DNA of 64,000 nt from Candidatus Aenigmatarchaeota archaeon (GCA_963726265.1 CAVSBQ010000002.1:32001-96000), one strand, 5' to 3'. Positions 46,065 through 56,878 are shown, numbered from the stretch's first letter. Notes: generated by a model not told the origin, from the sequence alone. Translations and numbers: made by a program.

Positions 46065-46637
46065 ATGAAAATCATTCCGCTTGAAGCCGCCCTGAAGGAC
46101 ATGAACCGCGTCGAGCTGGCGAAGGCCATACGCAACGGCGCCGTCCTTATCTACCCGACTGACACGCTATACGGCATCGGCTGCAACGCGCTGGTGAGGG
46201 AAGGCGTGGAGAAGATCATGAAGGCGAAGGGCCGCGAGCCGGGCAAGCCTTTCTCTGTCATCGCGCCGTCGAAGGCATGGATAACCGAGAACACGCGCAT
46301 AACCGCGGACAACGCGCAGTTCGTCGACAACCTGCTTCCGGGGCCATACACCGTCATACTAAAGTCCAAGATAAACATACCGCTCGTCACGGGCGAAGGC
46401 AAGCTCGGCGTGCGCATCCCGCGCAGCGAGTTCTGCGACTTCATCCGCTCGCAGGGCTTCCCGTTCGTCACGACCTCCGTCAACCTCTCGACCACTGGTC
46501 CCGTAACGTGCCTGAGCGACGTCCCCGCCCGCATAGCGGAAGCGACCGACTACGCGATAGATGCCGGCGAGCTCAACGGCATTTCTTCCAGGATTTTCGA
46601 CATCAGCGGCAAGGACCTGCAGATAGTGAGATGGTAA
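46065..46637 (+). CDS. tsaC: L-threonylcarbamoyladenylate synthase (Sua5/TsaC, YrdC domain only)
   Basis: YPTDTLYGIGC, KGR..KPFS, LPGPYTVIL, GVRIP and TTSVNLS. Confidence 0.92.
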   Translation: MKIIPLEAALKDMNRVELAKAIRNGAVLIYPTDTLYGIGCNALVREGVEKIMKAKGREPGKPFSVIAPSKAWITENTRITADNAQFVDNLLPGPYTVILKSKINIPLVTGEGKLGVRIPRSEFCDFIRSQGFPFVTTSVNLSTTGPVTCLSDVPARIAEATDYAIDAGELNGISSRIFDISGKDLQIVRW

Positions 46638-46642
46638 GATAT

Positions 46643-47329
46643 ATGGATGAGAGGGAAATCCTCAGCAGACTCAAAGCCATGCGCAACCCGGCTAACGTCG
46701 CTGGAATGGCGAGGTTCGGCATAAACTCGGAAAACACCCTGGGAATCTCAGTATACGACCTGAGAAATATGGCGAAAGAAATAGGCGTCGATCACGGGCT
46801 CGCGCTCAGGCTGTGGGATTCCGGCATACACGAGGCCCGCCTTCTTGCGGTTTTTCTGGACGAGCCAGCGAAAGTCAATGAAGCTCAGATGGAGAAATGG
46901 GCAGGTGATTTCAATTCATGGGACGTCTGCGACCAGGCCTCCACCAGCCTCTTTGACCAAACCGGTCTGGCGTGGAAAAAGGCCAGAGAATGGAGTTCGC
47001 GAGAAGAGGAATTCGTCAAGCGCGCAGGCTTCGCGCTTATGGCGGGCCTGGCCGTCCACGACAAGAGCGCCGGTAACGAGGCCTTCATCGGGCTTCTACC
47101 GATTATAAAACGCGAAGCGAAAGACGGGCGCAACTTCGTGAGGAAGGCGGTCAACTGGGCGCTCAGGAACATAGGCAAGCGCAACATTATTTTGAACAGG
47201 GAGGCCGTAAAAACTGCGAAAGAAATCGCCAAAATCGACTCCAAAAGCGCGAAATGGATAGCTGCGGACGCGCTGCGAGAGCTTGAAAGCGCGAAGGTGA
47301 AAACCAGGCTGAAAAAAGGCCAGCGGTAA
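46643..47329 (+). CDS. DNA alkylation repair protein (AlkD-like)
   Basis: LWDSGIHEAR, FNSWDVCD, EFVKRAG and NFVRKAVNWALRNIGKR. Confidence 0.9.
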   Translation: MDEREILSRLKAMRNPANVAGMARFGINSENTLGISVYDLRNMAKEIGVDHGLALRLWDSGIHEARLLAVFLDEPAKVNEAQMEKWAGDFNSWDVCDQASTSLFDQTGLAWKKAREWSSREEEFVKRAGFALMAGLAVHDKSAGNEAFIGLLPIIKREAKDGRNFVRKAVNWALRNIGKRNIILNREAVKTAKEIAKIDSKSAKWIAADALRELESAKVKTRLKKGQR

Positions 47330-47423
47330 AAAATTTTCCTGATTTTTACGTGGTGCAAAATAGCTTTAAATAGGTTCGTAGCATAATTAATAATAATTTC
47401 TAAGTTTGTGGGGTGTCGTTATA

Positions 47424-48035
47424 ATGGCTAAAATTTCCAAGCAATCTGCAGGTGTCGGCAAGGCCACTGCCAAAAGCGAATTCACGATAAAAATCGAGAA
47501 CGTCGTCGCTTTTACGTCGCTGAACATAAAAATTTCATTGAACAAGCTGGTAAACTCGGTCGAGAACACGGAATACGAGCCGGAGCAGTTCCCGGGCCTC
47601 GTCTACAGACCGACGAATCCCAGAGCCGCCGCCCTTATCTTCTCTTCAGGCAAAATCGTATGCACGGGGACGAAATCGATAGACATGGCCAAGGAAGCGA
47701 TGAGGAAGGTCGTCGGGAAGATAAAGGATTCCGGCTTCAAGGTCCCCGATAAATACCCGATACAGGTCGAGAACATAGTCGCCTCCTCAAGAATAAAGGC
47801 GGCGCTGAACCTCGAGGACATCGCCTTCTCGCTGGAGAACGCCGAATACGAGCCGGAGCAGTTCCCGGGCCTGGTTTACAGGATAGGCGACCCGAGAGTC
47901 GCGTTCCTGCTGTTCTCTTCCGGCAAGATAATCTGCACTGGCGCACAGAGCGAGGACGACATCCACCGCGCGCTGGCCAAGTTCAAGGTCAAGCTGGAAG
48001 GCATCGGCGTCAAGGTCAAGCCGATGGCGGAGTGA
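47424..48035 (+). CDS. tbp: TATA-box-binding protein
   Basis: Two repeats of IEN(V/I)VA...EYEPEQFPGLVYR...FSSGKI.CTG. Confidence 0.98.
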   Translation: MAKISKQSAGVGKATAKSEFTIKIENVVAFTSLNIKISLNKLVNSVENTEYEPEQFPGLVYRPTNPRAAALIFSSGKIVCTGTKSIDMAKEAMRKVVGKIKDSGFKVPDKYPIQVENIVASSRIKAALNLEDIAFSLENAEYEPEQFPGLVYRIGDPRVAFLLFSSGKIICTGAQSEDDIHRALAKFKVKLEGIGVKVKPMAE

Positions 48036-48074
48036 ACCGATTTTCTCAATATCTTACATAGATTTGATAACTTT

Positions 48075-49082
48075 TTAATCTGGCAAATTATCTAAAGGGC
48101 GATGCTCCCTGCGCGGGCTAAAGTCTATTTCTCCCCACGATGACGCGTTGCTTTTTTTCCCGTCTTCTTTCAGTACGCTGCCGAATTCAGTATCTATAAG
48201 ATTCGTAATCATTTCAGCCGTTTCTTTTAACACAGGATAATTTTTTTTGTTCGAAAAATACCATTTTTTTATATCCATTTTTTTGTGTGAGAAAAATTTG
48301 GCTACATATGATGTGTCAATTACGGTTTGGCCCAATTTAATACCAACACGCTCATGAGCAGCATATAACACTCTTCCAAATGTCTTTAGCCACACTCTCG
48401 TATTTCTGGGCTTTCCGCCCAAAAGTTCTTTCAAAGCACGCATGGAAGCGATTTTTGAAGGGCCATGAACGCATTTTAAGAGTCTTAAAGTGTCATCTTC
48501 GTTTGAATCTAGGTATCTGAAATTATGGACAAAACTAGTTTCTGCAGGAGTTGGGACACACGATGAAGTATTTATCACATTATCCGGAAAGCCCTGCCTC
48601 GAAGCTTTATTTTCTGCAAGGCGATTTTTATATTCAGGCGTCGCAAGCAGCTTCTTCAATACAGACTTGTAGTTTCTGCTTGAAACATCTATTTTCCTGC
48701 CGTGCAAACCCAATATTTTCTTTTTAATGCTCGGGTGCTTATGCAATATGCCTTGCACATCAGTTCCGGTAAATCCCATTCTACTGCCTATTGTTATTGT
48801 TCTTATTCCTGAATTGTAAATGTTGTGCTCTTTGAGAAGTTTTTCTGTGAAAGATCTTGCATTTTCATATGTTACATTACCTTTTTCTACCTTTTTTTGC
48901 ACTCTAACATAAAAAATCCTTGATAAATTAGACCGCATTCCGATGTCGTCGGAAAGCGAATTGCCGTAAAGGCATCTGTTGGCATAACCATTTCTGCATT
49001 TTTTATATAGATAGCTGTATATCCTTTGAAGCGACGTAGGGCCAATCCCTTCAATTCCATAGTTCATTCCTATAAAAACCAT
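48075..49082 (-). CDS. Hypothetical basic protein (AT-rich)
   Basis: 335-aa open frame with no recognised motif. Confidence 0.7.
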   Translation of the reverse strand: MVFIGMNYGIEGIGPTSLQRIYSYLYKKCRNGYANRCLYGNSLSDDIGMRSNLSRIFYVRVQKKVEKGNVTYENARSFTEKLLKEHNIYNSGIRTITIGSRMGFTGTDVQGILHKHPSIKKKILGLHGRKIDVSSRNYKSVLKKLLATPEYKNRLAENKASRQGFPDNVINTSSCVPTPAETSFVHNFRYLDSNEDDTLRLLKCVHGPSKIASMRALKELLGGKPRNTRVWLKTFGRVLYAAHERVGIKLGQTVIDTSYVAKFFSHKKMDIKKWYFSNKKNYPVLKETAEMITNLIDTEFGSVLKEDGKKSNASSWGEIDFSPRREHRPLDNLPD

Positions 49083-49142
49083 ATAAAGTTTTTATAACGG
49101 TTAGATATTTATTCTTAACTCGTAGTTAAACATCCCATAGCT

Positions 49143-49835
49143 TCAGACATGCGCTATAAGAGACTTGTATTCCGGGGTTTCTCGCACAGCTTCCAAGAAA
49201 CTCGGCATCCGGTCCCTTCTGACGACCCTTCCCTGTCTTCTCTTCTTTATTTCTATCATCCTTCTAATGCGGCGATACCTTGACACAATATAATAATCCA
49301 TTTGCCCCGGTCTAATGCGGAGAAGCGGCACTATTTCGTTGTTAAGGGACGCGCATGGGACGTCTTCAGCAAGCACCTTATATTCAAAACCTGGCCTAAG
49401 GAGTTTATTTTTTCTATGTATTCTGATGCCTGCCTCCTCCGCGAGCGCAAGATGCCTTCTTTCGATGCAGATGGTTACGCCTTGCCTGTAAACCGGAATT
49501 TGCTCTTCCAGGTCAGTTTCGCGAACAAATTCAATCGCACTCATGAGGGACAGCTTGCATTTAACTATTGTCTCGCGGAGCGGGCACAGCACATCGCCAT
49601 TGCCGTTATCATTCCCGCCAAACTTTTTCATGATGATCTCCGCGGCCTCCTGCGGGGTCCTGATGCCATGTGTTTGGAAATACTTCAGAAGCAGTGATGG
49701 TCGGGAACGTTCCGGGGAAATGCAGTTTACGTAATTCGGTAAGCGTTCAAACTTCGTTCCTGCCAGCTGATAATCAGTAACATTTTTTAACAGTTCAGCC
49801 GTCTGGCGCTTGTTGTAGTAAGGGAATGGGTTCAT
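49143..49835 (-). CDS. Hypothetical basic protein
   Basis: 230-aa open frame with no recognised motif. Confidence 0.7.
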   Translation of the reverse strand: MNPFPYYNKRQTAELLKNVTDYQLAGTKFERLPNYVNCISPERSRPSLLLKYFQTHGIRTPQEAAEIIMKKFGGNDNGNGDVLCPLRETIVKCKLSLMSAIEFVRETDLEEQIPVYRQGVTICIERRHLALAEEAGIRIHRKNKLLRPGFEYKVLAEDVPCASLNNEIVPLLRIRPGQMDYYIVSRYRRIRRMIEIKKRRQGRVVRRDRMPSFLEAVRETPEYKSLIAHV

Positions 49836-49902
49836 CTATTTTATAAAGGATGCTTAAAGATAAAAACGGTATCTTTCCCGGACTCAGCCGGTTAAATAGG
49901 GA

Positions 49903-50120
49903 TGAGCGTGGGGGGATTCGGACCCCCGGCCTCAGGCTGAAACAGCGAAGGACGCGCGCTTCGCGCGCGTCGGCATGCCAAATCCCTGGCTGCGCTCCGC
50001 TTCTTCGATGTCATCAAGCATTCGAATCCGGATGCTTTCAATTCTTCTAAGCCTCGTTCCGCGCCAAGGCGCAGAACTGCATAGAAGACCCGCGCTCTAT
50101 CCAGGCTGAGCTACACGCCC
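49903..50120 (-). tRNA. tRNA-Arg(UCU) with a ~143-nt intron at 37/38
   Basis: 5' exon GGGCGTGTAGCTCAGCCTGGATAGAGCGCGGGTCTTCTA (50120-50082); 3' exon AGCCTGAGGCCGGGGGTCCGAATCCCCCCACGCTCA (49938-49903). The acceptor, D, anticodon and T stems all pair. Confidence 0.85.
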
Positions 50121-50538
50121 GTGTGCGGTCCAGTGCAAACCCGCGCTACCGCATTAATTAGAATATGGGCGTCCTCATTAAAAACCTTTGCGGACGCAGC
50201 CGGCACGAGACACGTTATCAATAATATCTTCTCGGCGGCTCCGTTGCTGCGCCGCCTATAAATAAACGGCTGATGTCGTAAGGCGGATGAAAATTTTCAA
50301 CATAGCGGTTATCATTCATGAGAGGCGGCGGGCACAAGCATTCCCCGGAAAGCGGATGAGGGGTCGTCACTCTCCTGACCGTTTGCCTTATCGCGCTTAT
50401 CGCGCCGGATGGTTTGAACATAAGCATCACGTCAATTTCTAATATCTACTCTATAGCGCAAAAACCTTTAAATTCCTGACGGTCATGCAGGCTGCCGGAT
50501 ATATGGCTTTTTAAAGGTTCGCATCCAGTAGGTTCACC

Positions 50539-50898
50539 ATGTTTCTAACGACGCTTCCGTCATTTGTACCCTTCCCAGAAGAGCTTGGCACCTGGGATAA
50601 ATATAGAGAGGGCGAAAGGCGTGATCTAGCGAAAGTTGGAATGCATTATCGGGAATTCGTAAGAGTTAACGGACCGCGGCTATTAGATGCACGCGGTGAC
50701 AATTTCTGGGTAGCAGTGGGCGCCAGGAGCGGAAGGATTTTTGGTGCAGGCGGCCATTCTAATTATCCAACGTTCTCAAGCAAAAAAAGGATGTCAGAAG
50801 AGGCTGGAGAATTTGCACTTGTTACTACGCTTCCTGTATCAGTCGAGGATTATGCAGCTTCTTTATCTGGAATGTTAGCACTGAAACCGGATTTTTGA
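50539..50898 (+). CDS. Hypothetical protein
   Basis: 119-aa ATG ORF with TTTTTAAA about 25 bp upstream. Confidence 0.6.
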   Translation: MFLTTLPSFVPFPEELGTWDKYREGERRDLAKVGMHYREFVRVNGPRLLDARGDNFWVAVGARSGRIFGAGGHSNYPTFSSKKRMSEEAGEFALVTTLPVSVEDYAASLSGMLALKPDF

Positions 50899-50983
50899 AA
50901 GCCTTTGAGCGTTATTTAAGCAAAATTTCAAATAATAGGTAATAGTAATTATAAACAGGCGCGGGCCTTGAAGGTCGCTTCTT

Positions 50984-53900
50984 ATGACCGATTTCAGGAA
51001 AATCGAGGACAAATGGCAGGAACGCTGGAAGGAAGCGAAGGCATTCGAGCCGAAGATTGATGACGAAAAGCGCAAGTTCTTCTTCACCACTCCGTATCCC
51101 TACATCTCGGGCAGCCTGCACATCGGCCACGGCCGCGCGGTCACGGAAAGCGACATATACGTCCGCTACATGCGCATGAAGGGCTTCAACGTCCTCTACC
51201 CGCTGGCCTTCCACATCACCGGCACGCCCGTTCTCGGCATATCGGCGGCGATAGAGGCGGGCGACGAGGCGAAGACGAACCTCTACAGGGGCTATGTCAG
51301 GAACTACGCAAAGAGCGAGCAGGAGGCCGAGAAGACCGTGCAATCCTTCATCGACCCCTGGAACATAGTCAATTTCTTCGTCCCCAAGATGGTGGACGAG
51401 TATTCGTCTCTCGGCCTGAGCATCGACTGGAGCCGCTGCTTCACGACGGGCGATCCCGATTACCAGAAGTTCATAACGTGGCAGTTCATGCAATACAGGG
51501 ACAAGGGCTACCTGATAAAGGGAAGCTACCCGGTGCTTTACTGCCCCAAATGCGGCAACGCGGTCGGCGAGGACGACATACAGGACGCGGACACGAACCC
51601 CGTGACGAAAATGGAATTCACGCTGCTCAAGTTCCCGCTCGAAGAAGGACATGCCGAACACAGCGGGCTGATGCTTGTCGCCGCGACGCTGAGGCCGGAA
51701 ACCGTCTTCGGCCAGACGAACCTGTGGCTCAACCCCGACACGGAATACGTCAAGACAAAGGTCGGGGTCGAGAGATGGGTGATAAGCAGGGAGGGCTTCG
51801 AAAAGCTCAGGTTCCAGGGCAAGAACCCCGAGGTAAGCGGCTACGTCAAAGGCGGTCACCTCATCGGCAAGCACGTTACGGCGCCCGGCATCGGCAGGAA
51901 GATCATGATACTACCCTCGAAGTTCGTCGATTCCAACGTGGGCAGCGGCATAGTGACTTCCGTCCCGTCAGATGCTCCGTATGACTGGATGGCGCTCCAG
52001 GACCTCCAGAAGAACAGGGAGGAATGCGAAAAGTTCGGCCTGGATTGCGACAAGGTCAGGGCCATAAAGCCCGTTCCCATCATAAAAACGCCGGGCTGGG
52101 GAGACCTGGCGGCGCTCAAAATATCAGAACATTTAAAGCTTACGAGCCAGCACGACCCGCGCCTGGACGAGGCGACCCAGACGATATACAAGGAGGGCTT
52201 CCACACGGGCGTGATGAACGAAAACTGCGGCACGATTCGCGGGCATGAAGGTCGCGGAGGCCAAGGACAAGGTCAAGCAGGAGCTGCTGGACAGCGGAGA
52301 CGCGGACGTGATATACGAGACGTCGCGCGTCGCATTCTGCCGCGACGGGACGAAGGTCGTCGTTTCCGTGCTGGAAGACCAGTGGTTCCTCGACTTCAAC
52401 GCGAAGGGCTGGAAGGCGCTCGCTTCCAGATGCCTGAAGCAGATGGAGCTGCTGCCGGAAACGAAACGCAGGATGTTCGAGGACACGTTCGAGTGGCTCG
52501 ACAAGAGGCCTGCCGCCAGGAAACGCGGCCTGGGCACGCCGCTGCCGTTCGACCGCGACTGGATAATAGAATCGCTGTCCGATTCGACCATCTACATGAG
52601 CTTCTACATCATCAAGAATCTCATAAACAAATACAAAATCAAGCCCGAGCAGCTGACAAGCGAATTTTTCGACTACGTCTACCTTGGCCGCGGCGAACCA
52701 TCGCACGCCAGCAAGGTCACCGGCATAAAAATCGACGAACTGAAGGAGATGCGCGCGCAGTTTGACTACTGGTATCCGAACGACCATCGCCATACGTACG
52801 TCGCCCACCTTTCCAACCACCTGTCATTCTTCATCTTCGCGCACGCGGGCATCTTCCCGGAGAAATACTGGCCGAAGAAGATATCCTTCCATGGTTTCGT
52901 CCAGAGCGAGGGCATGAAGATGTCGAAATCCAAGGGGAACGTCATCACGCTTCTCGAGATTAAAAACAAGTATGGTGCGGACACGTTCCGCGCCTACATT
53001 TCGACCGCGACGACGCTCGAAGGGACGTTCGACTGGAAGACGCACGAGGCGGAGAACATCCAGAAGAACCTGGCCGGCATCAAGGAAATGATAGCCGGGA
53101 TGATAAGCAAGCATGAAAGGGGAGCGAAGCACGGGAAGGAGCTGGGGCCCATGGGCCTCGCCTTCATGGCCAGGTTCGAGGCCGCGCTCGGCGAGGCGGA
53201 CAAGGCGCTTTCGGAGATGCGGCTCAGGGATTACGGCAATATCGTCTTATACTCGATTCCCTCATGGATAAGGAAGCTGGAGCGACGTGCTGGCAAGGAA
53301 GAGCTGCACGCGGTTTTCGGCCTGGTGACGGAGAAATACATCAGGATGCTGGGCCCGCTCGCGCCGCACATCAGCGAGGAGATGTGGGAGAAGCTCGGAA
53401 AGAAGGGCTTCGTCTCGCTGGCTGAATGGCCAGAAAGCGACAAGAAATTCATCAACGAGAAGTTCATCGCTTCCGACGAACTGGTTGACCGTTCGGCGGA
53501 GGATATCCGCAGCGTCCTGAAGCTCGTCAAGTTCCAGCCGAAGAAGATACGCATCTTCGTCTCGCCCAGATGGAAATACTCCTTTTTCAAAAAGCTGAAG
53601 GAAGAGATGGAGAAGACGAGGGACATAGGCGCCCTGATTAAAAAGCTCGGCAGGGAAGAGAAAGAGCACAGGGAACACGCAGCGGAAATCGCCAGAACCG
53701 TGCCTTTCGTCGTGAAGGATCCGTCTCGCCTGCCTTCCCATGTGCTCGATCAGGACAGCGAGATCGCCACGCTGGAAGAAGCGAAGGCGTTCCTGCACAA
53801 GGAGTTCGGGTGCGCGATAGAAATCACGCGGGCGGAAGATTCGGAGAGCGAAAAGGCGAACAAAGCGATGCCGGGCAAGCCGGGAATAGAAGTGGAATAG
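50984..53900 (+). CDS. leuS: Leucyl-tRNA synthetase (archaeal type); frameshift near 52235
   Basis: PYPYISGSLHIGH, AATLRPET, GSGIVTSVPSDAPYD editing domain, IESLSDSTIY, KMSKSKGN and AMPGKPGI. Confidence 0.96.
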
Positions 53901-53929
53901 TAACGAAAATGACGCCTTATGAAAACTAT

Positions 53930-54166
53930 TTATGCCGGATAGCCTTCTGCATGCATAGATTTTTTCGATGGTATTTCTAGAACGATTGTTTCGAAAGGCG
54001 GTGTTTCTCCGTTTATCGTTCTTGATGCTCTTCGCATCAATTCTGCAGTGGGATAATGGCCGCTTCGTGCATTCCAGCCTTTAAGTTCTGCCGGTCCAAT
54101 TAAATCGAAAAAGGTTGTATGTTTAAAAGACGTATTAGGCGCGTAGCTGATTTCAAATTTTCCCAT
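53930..54166 (-). CDS. Hypothetical protein
   Basis: 78-aa ATG ORF downstream of the TRAM gene. Confidence 0.5.
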   Translation of the reverse strand: MGKFEISYAPNTSFKHTTFFDLIGPAELKGWNARSGHYPTAELMRRASRTINGETPPFETIVLEIPSKKSMHAEGYPA

Positions 54167-54189
54167 TAAAATAAAAAGCGGGACAAGTT

Positions 54190-54459
54190 TTAAATATCTT
54201 CCTCGACCCTCTTCCCAACAGCGCAGTTCTTCTTGACCTCGATGATTTTGACCATGACGGTCTCGCCTTCCTGCGCGCCTGGCACGAAGACCGCGAAATT
54301 GTCATACGCTCCGACTCCGTCGCCCTTCTTGCTCACGTCCTTTATGTAGAGTTTTATTACCTGGCCCCTCTTCACGGGCGGCTTCTTCTTGGTATAAAGC
54401 GTCCTCTTGGTATGGCACCTGGCTATCGTGAAACCCCTGTGATGGTAGAAGGTCGACAT
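54190..54459 (-). CDS. Single TRAM domain protein (archaeal RNA chaperone-like)
   Basis: PPVKRGQ...IKDVSKKGDGVG...FAVFVPGAQEGETVMVKI. Confidence 0.9.
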   Translation of the reverse strand: MSTFYHHRGFTIARCHTKRTLYTKKKPPVKRGQVIKLYIKDVSKKGDGVGAYDNFAVFVPGAQEGETVMVKIIEVKKNCAVGKRVEEDI

Positions 54460-54483
54460 AAAATGAATATGTCAGCTGCGCTT

Positions 54484-54780
54484 TTAAACGCTTGCCTGCA
54501 ATGAACGTTTCACGGGTATTTCCACAAATTCTACCCAGCGCCTTGTTCCATTGATCTCATTGACCCATTCGCCACCAAGAGGGTAAATATCTCCGTCAAA
54601 AAGCACACAATAGCCACCGTTTGAACAGCGAATGGGATTGAAAGGATATTTTTCACCCGAAACAGGATGTGATATGTACGGTTGAAGCCCTGAGCCCGGC
54701 CTCGGAATCCCGCCTGAAATTCCTCCGAAGTCACATTCAAGTTTCACAAAATTTTTGGTTAATTCGAAATTACCGTCCAT
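54484..54780 (-). CDS. Hypothetical protein
   Basis: 98-aa ATG ORF with GGAG upstream. Confidence 0.55.
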   Translation of the reverse strand: MDGNFELTKNFVKLECDFGGISGGIPRPGSGLQPYISHPVSGEKYPFNPIRCSNGGYCVLFDGDIYPLGGEWVNEINGTRRWVEFVEIPVKRSLQASV

Positions 54781-55006
54781 TTCTTATCTCCGTTGAAATG
54801 TTGTCAGAAAGTTTTAAAAGGGTTAAAACGCCGAAAAAACCGCTATGCTCCGCAGGCTATTTGAAAGGCGGATTTGCGGCCAAAAACCATGCGTTAAAAT
54901 CGAGGCTAAATCACCGTAAAACGGCTTTAAAAAGCTTTCTGTTACAGCCATACCACAAAGTATTTTAAGCTAACTGAGAAGCAGATAACAAGACAGCATC
55001 TGGCTG

Positions 55007-55684
55007 GTGTCTATGCTGGTGTTTGACGACGTTGGGGCGGGGAACTGGGCGAAATACAAGGAGTTCATACTCAATTCTGAAAGCATCTTCCCGGAAAACA
55101 TGAGAAGCTCGCCTGAGGATTTCAGCAACATGTTCTCGGAAGAAGGGCTCGTGGCAAAGGTGGCGTTCCTGGATTCACAATACGTAGGCAACGTGATAGC
55201 ATGCGCAGTGCCCCAGGAAGACAGGTCTTATTACGAGATAACGGGCCTCCCCGAAGGCTCGAGGGTGCTTTACATCCTGAACATGGTGGTGAACCCCGAG
55301 CACCAGGGAAAGGGGTATGGCAAGCAGCTTCTGCAGGAAATAGTCAGGCAGGCTAAAAACATCGGCTACGACTACGTCGTCGGCCACTTCAGGCAGAACG
55401 CCTCGTTCCACATCATGAAGAAGATGGGAGGCGTCGAGACCGGCAACTTCAGGAACTGGGACAACACGCAGGAGGACTTCATCGAATGCTGCCTGGATCT
55501 CCGCACATTCAGCGAAACCAGCCTTACGGCAGGCGAACCGCAGAAAAGCCTTCCTGTGCACGAGGAAGCCCAGCCGAAACTGCAGGTCGATGGCCCGGCT
55601 CCGCTTTCACCGGAGTTGATGCAGACTGGCGATGCGCATCTTGACGACCCCTCGGATATGGCACCTGCACCACACCACTTCTGA
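55007..55684 (+). CDS. GNAT family N-acetyltransferase
   Basis: Acetyl-CoA motif A: YILNMVVNPEHQGKGYGKQLL. Pro-rich tail. Confidence 0.88.
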   Translation: MSMLVFDDVGAGNWAKYKEFILNSESIFPENMRSSPEDFSNMFSEEGLVAKVAFLDSQYVGNVIACAVPQEDRSYYEITGLPEGSRVLYILNMVVNPEHQGKGYGKQLLQEIVRQAKNIGYDYVVGHFRQNASFHIMKKMGGVETGNFRNWDNTQEDFIECCLDLRTFSETSLTAGEPQKSLPVHEEAQPKLQVDGPAPLSPELMQTGDAHLDDPSDMAPAPHHF

Positions 55685-55758
55685 GGCCGAAGTTTTTTAT
55701 TAAATGTGCGCGCATTCCAAGCTATTAAGAGGGCAGGCACCAATTATTTAATACGAGG

Positions 55759-56517
55759 GTGGGCGTCTTGGCCGCTTTTCTAGGCGAAAAGTGCAGGCAG
55801 GGCAGGATAAGGCTCGTGAAGGGTAAAAAGCCCTACATAAGAAAAATCTGCGCGATTTCTGAAATCGAGGTCTGGCTCGTCGACGGCGAATACGTGCGAA
55901 AGAACATATGCGAGGACTTCGTCAATTACGACCACCATTACCACATGAGCTTCATACCTAAGAACGAGTTCTGGATAGCCAGGGAAGCGAAACACGACGA
56001 AACCAGGTTCTACATCGACCGCATGCTGACCGAGCGCAGGCTGATGGCCACCGGCGTGAGCCACGAGGAAGCGAACAGGAAGGCCGAAATCGTCGAGAGG
56101 GGCGAGAGGAGCAAATCGCAAATGATGCAGAAACTGGCCCACAAGAGGATACACAAGAAGGAAGCCCTGGGCAGGGTGCGCAGGAAGCTGCTGAAAGGTT
56201 ACAGCAATAGGAAGCTGAAGATATGGGTGGTGAACGGCGAGCTGGTAAGGGACTTCTTCTATATAGATTTCGGCGGCGGTGGGCACGACAAGGTGTACCA
56301 CTTCATTCCCGAGGGCGAGGTGTGGCTGGACGACGACATGACGGCGAAGGAAAGGAAGTTCATCCTGCTCCACGAGCTGCACGAGCGCTCGCTCATGGCG
56401 AAGGGCGGGGATTACCCGCACAGCCACTGGAAAGCGACGCAAGTCGAGGATTTCTTCCGCCACCATCCCAGAGGGACGGGCAAGGCCATCATGGAAGAAA
56501 TAAAAAAACAGCAATAG
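55759..56517 (+). CDS. Internally duplicated protein with an HExxE motif
   Basis: Two copies of W.V.GE.VR...DF...H....FIP..E.W. The second contains HELHE...Y..SH. Confidence 0.75.
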   Translation: MGVLAAFLGEKCRQGRIRLVKGKKPYIRKICAISEIEVWLVDGEYVRKNICEDFVNYDHHYHMSFIPKNEFWIAREAKHDETRFYIDRMLTERRLMATGVSHEEANRKAEIVERGERSKSQMMQKLAHKRIHKKEALGRVRRKLLKGYSNRKLKIWVVNGELVRDFFYIDFGGGGHDKVYHFIPEGEVWLDDDMTAKERKFILLHELHERSLMAKGGDYPHSHWKATQVEDFFRHHPRGTGKAIMEEIKKQQ

Positions 56518-56551
56518 AAATCTTTTTAAATACAAAGTATATTTATTACAT

Positions 56552-56878
56552 ATGAGTGACGACTCTTCAGCTAAAACTGGGCAAAAACCTCAGGAAACAG
56601 GGCTGTTTTGCAAATGTTCTGGTTCAAAGGGCTGCGGCAAAACACCTTCAGGAGAGATGATAGTAGCCGCTTTGCAAGGGGATTGCGGCTGGGATGGTCA
56701 ACTACCTAATGACCCTTCGAAAGTTTATATTTTTTGCTTCCAGAGTAACACCGGAAAGGAGGACTACCCCGGTGCTTTTGGATCTTCAGAATGTTATGAT
56801 AAATGGAAAGAAGGAAAGGGCCATATTAACCTGCATATTCTTACCGTTGATGGGCTGAAAAAAAGATATCAGATATAA
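56552..56878 (+). CDS. Hypothetical Cys-containing protein (AT-rich)
   Basis: 108-aa ORF with six Cys and TTTTTAAA upstream. Confidence 0.6.
   Translation: MSDDSSAKTGQKPQETGLFCKCSGSKGCGKTPSGEMIVAALQGDCGWDGQLPNDPSKVYIFCFQSNTGKEDYPGAFGSSECYDKWKEGKGHINLHILTVDGLKKRYQI

Noticed and set aside
48040..49902. Provirus or integrative element at the tRNA-Arg 3' end
   Set aside because: I found no integrase, structural genes or duplicated tRNA 3' end.
50218..50430. 70-aa ORF upstream of the tRNA
   Set aside because: It has a weak start and no motif, so there is too little support to call it a gene.
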